A stretch of 64,000 nucleotides of DNA from assembly GCF_009914755.1 (NCBI RefSeq), contig NC_060931.1; one strand, 5' to 3'. Shown in pieces: positions 59,250 through 64,000 of this stretch (within the stretch, counting starts at the first letter, position 1; each line of letters starts with the position of its first letter). This DNA comes from the human T2T-CHM13v2.0 reference genome, Homo sapiens. The notes under the pieces were generated by a model, which worked only from the letters and a program-made list of their open reading frames with translations, was not told the origin of the DNA and did no database searches. The translations under genes were made by a program, and so were the position numbers.

Positions 59250-60429
59250 ACTTCCTAAAAAAAAATCTTGAAAGTGTCCTTTCAGAGGGGTATTTGCCAA
59301 AAGTCTGCACTCTCACATGGAACGACATTGATCTCCGTATATCCTCAGTGTGAGCTGTTCTGTTGGGCAGGAACTCTGGCCTCACAGCTGCCATCCCAGG
59401 ACTGGAGCCTCTGCGCCATTACTCGAATTTCCTTAGTGTAGTAAGCTTTTTAGGGTTTTGGATATTTAAGGAATTTCACAGAAAATGGCTCCATATCACA
59501 GCTCTATTTTAAATTCAAAATTTAAAAATAGGCCATGACTTTAAAAAAAGATGATATGCTATATTATTATGTTAATATTATTAATATATGACTATAGCAT
59601 TGCATATTATGATGTATTCTGCAGTATAACAATTAGTGTGATGATCTCTGCTTTTAAAGAGCTCACCCTATTGTGGGGAAGAGAAGGCAAATAGCTGAAG
59701 AAATAAGTTAGATATACTATGCTATAAAGACCATTCAGTGCAGCAGAGGCACAGGCTGTGGGGGGCAGCTGGTCTCCCTGGAAAGAAAGATTGGGCAAAG
59801 CACTTGGAAGGATGGGTTTTCTAAGCCCCTGTGAGGTGGAGACGGGAGGATTGTGGGCCTGGACAGAGGTGTGGGGAGGTGCCAAGCCCCACATGTGTGT
59901 TCTGAGAATGATGAGAATTTTTGAAAAATCACCAAAGATTTCACTGGTTTTTGCTTAGCCCCTTTTTAGATATTGCAGGCAGTATTGAGAGCTGATGTCT
60001 TTTTTACTTATTTAAAATGGCTAGCAACTTTGCATGCAGGTATCCTGGTTTTGCACTTGTAAAGCTGATTTTATGGCATTGTACCTGGGATGAATTATCC
60101 TAGCAGTCAGCCATGGCTATTTGGTTTTATGAAAATTGTTTCTAGTCATTAGACTCATGGTCTAAAGTCCCACAGAGCTGGGAGACGCTTGTAGGTTTGC
60201 CTCTTGGGCTATGCGAAGCAATATTATCTACAGTGTTGGAGTGGCCCATGCTATAAATTATTTAAGACGTGGTCTTTTTCTCTCCATTACTTCTTGTTAG
60301 GTGGAACCATCTGAAGTTGCCATTTTTGCAGGAAAAAAAATCTATAAAAGTTGGTAATTTCATTTGGTTTAACTTGTAATAGCACAGGTGACACCCAGAA
60401 GCATGATGCTGTGGTAAGAAACGTGTGTA

Positions 60430-60545
60430 TGTGTGTTGGAAGGCTGGATTTTGGTCCCCCTTTTCCTAACTCTCTGTGACCTTGGGCTTATTGCATTCTC
60501 TTTGAAGGACTCTTCTCCTCTATCTGTGAAATGAAAGACTTGAGT
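60430..60545 (+). mobile_element. MIR fragment
   Basis: ctgtgaccttggg...cctctatctgtgaaatg. Confidence 0.55.
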
Positions 60546-60794
60546 AGATCCGTGATTTTCAGTCATCTGGGAGACGGCTCTTCATGGGGGATGCATCAGA
60601 ATTACCCACGGACCCTTAGTAAGGCCTTCCGCCTCTGGGCTCTGATATCCCCATCCCTGAACACTTGTACCCCTCACACCCATCCATATCCTTCCACAGA
60701 GCTGTGTGCACCTCCATCTATCAGCCTTAAAGACAGTGGAGGTCAAGCATTTTCATGAACTGGAAAAAAAATGATGGCCAAAACTTCTAGAGAG

Positions 60795-61144
60795 TGTTAA
60801 AAGGTAAACTTAGGGACATTAAAATTTCAACAAGTTTATTTGAGCATTCGGTTATTCATGAATTAGGCAATGCCAGACAATTCAACCCTCCACTGACTAT
60901 GTTGGGATGTGGGATGTGGGGTAATAGAAGAAGCTTGTATGAAGTGTTTGCTGCAGCAACAGGGAGAAAATATATTCGTTAAAGTCAAAAGTCCCTAGTT
61001 GGAGGTTAGTTGGAGGTTTCTGATTGGTTAATTTTAACTTTTGTTTTACTGTTTGCATTGATTTGGGTTTTGGTTTGCCTACATAGGAACTCAAGGTGCT
61101 ATAGCTGTCTTAGCCTAACAGCCTCCTGATCAACTATTTTAACA
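60795..61144 (-). mobile_element. MER93-like (ERV1/MER4 group) solo LTR
   Basis: TGTTAAAA...TTTTAACA termini; CCAAT and AATAAA on the minus strand; flanks agag/ggag. Confidence 0.75.
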
Positions 61145-61787
61145 GGAGTTAATTTAACTCATACTCTAAGGGTGTCAGACTCAGTATTTGCAAAGAAATT
61201 GATGCTATTTCCATGTCATTAGTCAAGAGATTCCAATGTATTAGTATGCTCTTTTTATTTTATAGGTCAGAGTCGTGTTCAGTTTTGGCCCTAGGCTGAT
61301 GAAAAATTGAAGAACAATGTGTAGACACAATGTGAGCTTGAAGGGAGGCTATGAAAGAAAAACAGAAAAAAGAATTATATTGTTTTCCCAAGAATAAGTA
61401 GCATGCCTGAAATGATACTTCAGTGAGAATCACCAGGCACATTCTAGGCCACTGGTGCACAAAGTAGGTTTAGTCTGGGCTTCTAAGGGACGTATAAGCC
61501 CATGAAAACAGACCGTCTTATTTTCATCTAGCTCTCTCCCTTTGGCTAAAGGACAGAGCTTTGAACTGTCACACTCAGTGTCCTCCTTTGTGAAACTGGG
61601 CTAAATCATAACTCTCAGTGCCATTTGGAAGTGGAAAAAATACCAGAAATAATATTCAGAAAATAGTAAACCAATGGGATCTCCTCCCCTACAAGTGTTA
61701 TTCCCAGAAATGCATTCTGCCATTGTTGCCTCTGGGGAGTGGGGAAGACAGATGTCACCTCAGAAAGAGGAAAGAGATGGTGGAGGC

Positions 61788-62012
61788 CAGTGGTTCAAAC
61801 CGGGGTGGGGTTGGAGAAATTTTACCCAACTGGGCACATGTGACAGTATCTGAAGATATTTTTAGTGTCACAAGTAGGAGGCGCTGCTGGCATCTGGAGG
61901 CTGGAGGCCAGGGATGCTGCTATACATCCTACAATGCACAGGAAAGCCCCCACCCCCAAACAAATAATGATCTGGCTTACAATGTTAGTGGTGCTGAGGT
62001 TGAGAAACCCCA
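61788..62012 (+). mobile_element. MER20 (hAT-Charlie)
   Basis: cagtggttc...gaggccagggatgctgct..acatcctacaatgcacagga...gaggttgagaaaccc. Confidence 0.9.
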
Positions 62013-63404
62013 GCATAAAGGGGTATATAATGCCAGACGGGAGCGGGTGGGAGCCCCTGGGAAGAGAAGGATGAAAGTAGAGGAAGCTGGTGGTCAGGTG
62101 GGCATCCTGGCTTCTCCTCTACTGGTGATGGTCCCAAACAGGGGCTGTGGGATGATGGAGGAGCTGCAAGCTGAGGGCCTTGGCCCTACCCATGTGTCTT
62201 GGGGGATAGTCCCTGTGTAGGCCGGCCCTGAGCTAGCATGTGGTCCTAGCAGTGTGGCTGAGCAGAGGAAGGATACCTGAATTAGTGTCTCTGAGCATGG
62301 AGTAGAAGGGAGCCAGATTTCCCTGACATCCATGTCCTGAGCCAGTGTGTCAAGTGGAGGCCTTGGGGACCTGCTATGAGCCGGCTGCCGTGAGAGCGAG
62401 GTGGCCTCAGCACCAAGCTGGCCTAGGCCAGGCTGGCAGAGGAGATGGCTGAGGCTCAGAAAGCAGGAGCCGAGGTGAGAAGGAAGCAGCAAGGGAGAAG
62501 GCAGTGCCAGACCCCAAGGTTCCAGGTAAGATGTGGGCTGGGCAGGCCAGGCCCTGGCAGCACCACAGACAGGCAGACGAGGCACATGGCTGTGGGAGTC
62601 CTGGGCCCTCCACCCCTGACTGTCACCAGGCTGCCCCTGGAGAACATCAGGGGGTTTGAGCATTCACCCCAAAGAGCCTGAATCACTCAGAGGAAGCTGT
62701 TTGAACAGGGAGCCACTGTCAGCAGGCAATTTTGAGACTTTGTTCTCTCTTCACCATCCCCAGTGGGTAAAAACTGGATCAGCTACAGGAAATAGAGAAC
62801 TACCTTTTCTTTGCATCCCCAAGCAGTGAGGTGTCAGATATTTGGCTTTGTAGCATCATCTGTCTGTATGCATAACATCAATCAGGAAACAGAGCAGGTC
62901 CCATAAAATGGCAGCCCTACGTTGGGAACCTGGTGATCCTCTGTCTGGAAGCCGCCTGCAGAGGAGGGACTCTGATAGTTATGTTTGTTTCCAAGTCTTC
63001 CCATGCTGCTCAAGATGGCAAAGTTTTTCAGTAACCTTGTGTATCACTCCAGACATGGCAGCAGCCCACACATACCTGGAATTTAAATGCCATACTTCCT
63101 TGGGATCCAGTGTGCCAGAGACGCATGTCCTCACCTGACCACTGTGTTGGAGAGGTCCTTCCTCCTTTCAGGCTGGCCTCAGCAGGTGGCAGAGATCAGA
63201 GAGAGGCCACCAGCGGTGATCCAGACAGCCACGCCATGTCTCTCCCTGTTCCCACTCTCCCTGTCCTCTCAATGCCCAGGGCAGCCGGTGCTCCTACCTC
63301 CAGTTCCAGCTGTGGGGGGCTCCAGCTGTCTTTCTCTTGCCTTTGTTCCTGGAGCTTATCCTCCAACCTTCTTAAGAAGTATCTTCTCTCCTCAGGCACC
63401 CCCA

Positions 63405-63838
63405 ACAGGCACTGTGTGTTTTTGCTTTGTTTTTAAATTAACATAGAGTAAGTTCGGCAGGCTTTTTTTCGGTCGACAGCTCTCACATTTGTCTGGATCA
63501 GTACACAGAACAGTTCCATTGCCCGAGCCCACACCAAATCCCTCATTTTGTCCCTTGGTAATCACACTGTCTTCCCACCCTAAACCCATCTGTTCTCTAT
63601 CACTATAGGTAGGTTTTCTTTGTGAGAATGCCCTATAATGGAATCATCATCTGTAACCTTTGAAAGTGGTCTCTTTTGCTCAGTACGAGGGCTGTGATTC
63701 ACCCAGGTCATTGTGTGTATCAGCAGTTGCCTCCTCTTTATTGCCAAGTGGTATTCTGTGGTGTGGATTCACTGCAGTTTGTTCGTCCATTCACCCACTA
63801 AAGGGCGTGTGGGTTTTTTCTAGTCTTTGGCGATTATC
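63405..63838 (-). mobile_element. Old L1M (MC/ME) 3' fragment; an L2 fragment follows to the window end
   Basis: ataatggaatcatc...tttattgccaagtggtattc...tccattcaccc. Confidence 0.65.
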
Positions 63839-64000
63839 AGTGGAGCTCTTACCTTGCTTTTATCACTACTTGAAATTATCTCATTGACTTACAGGCGTAC
63901 TTGTTTATTATTTGTCGCCTGCTGTAATATAAGCTTCATGAGGGGCAGGAGCTTGTCTGTCTTCTTGGCCACCGTCCCCAGTGCCTAGAAGAATGCTAGG

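Noticed and set aside
61865-61905. CTCF-like motifs in MER20
   Set aside because: At least two core mismatches in each candidate; unsupported without ChIP data.
61618-62663. 200-aa (+) and 189-aa (-) ORFs
   Set aside because: The first runs through MER20 and the second is GC-rich, low-stop sequence. Neither resembles the expected next ABCA13 exon or any family I recognise.

Overview
Human (primate) genomic DNA from the middle of ABCA13, an ABC subfamily A lipid transporter gene, on the + strand. The window holds 12 consecutive coding exons, numbered 16-27 from my recall of the 62-exon model. Joined at GT-AG sites they give one open frame of 7,994 nt (about 2,664 codons) encoding most of the very large first extracellular domain (ECD1). 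They include the 4,779-nt exon 17 and the 1,827-nt exon 18. The introns are filled with old and young transposons: L1, 10 Alus including a near-consensus AluYb8, MIR, L2, solo LTRs, and hAT/Tigger/MADE1 DNA elements, plus short tandem repeats. I find no RNA genes, no CRISPR array and no second gene, and I cannot support a wholly new biological system. The best leads are hypotheses: (1) a 53-bp tandem repeat that triplicates a perfect heat-shock element; (2) two giant phase-symmetric exons with weak acceptors that could be skipped in frame; (3) a single sense Alu with three competing antisense partners around exons 21-22; (4) a nested MLT2 > inverted Tigger3 dimer > Alu structure; (5) a CpG-retaining, CRE-containing patch before exon 24. 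Exon boundaries were checked base by base. Repeat boundaries are approximate and subfamily names come from recalled consensus sequences.
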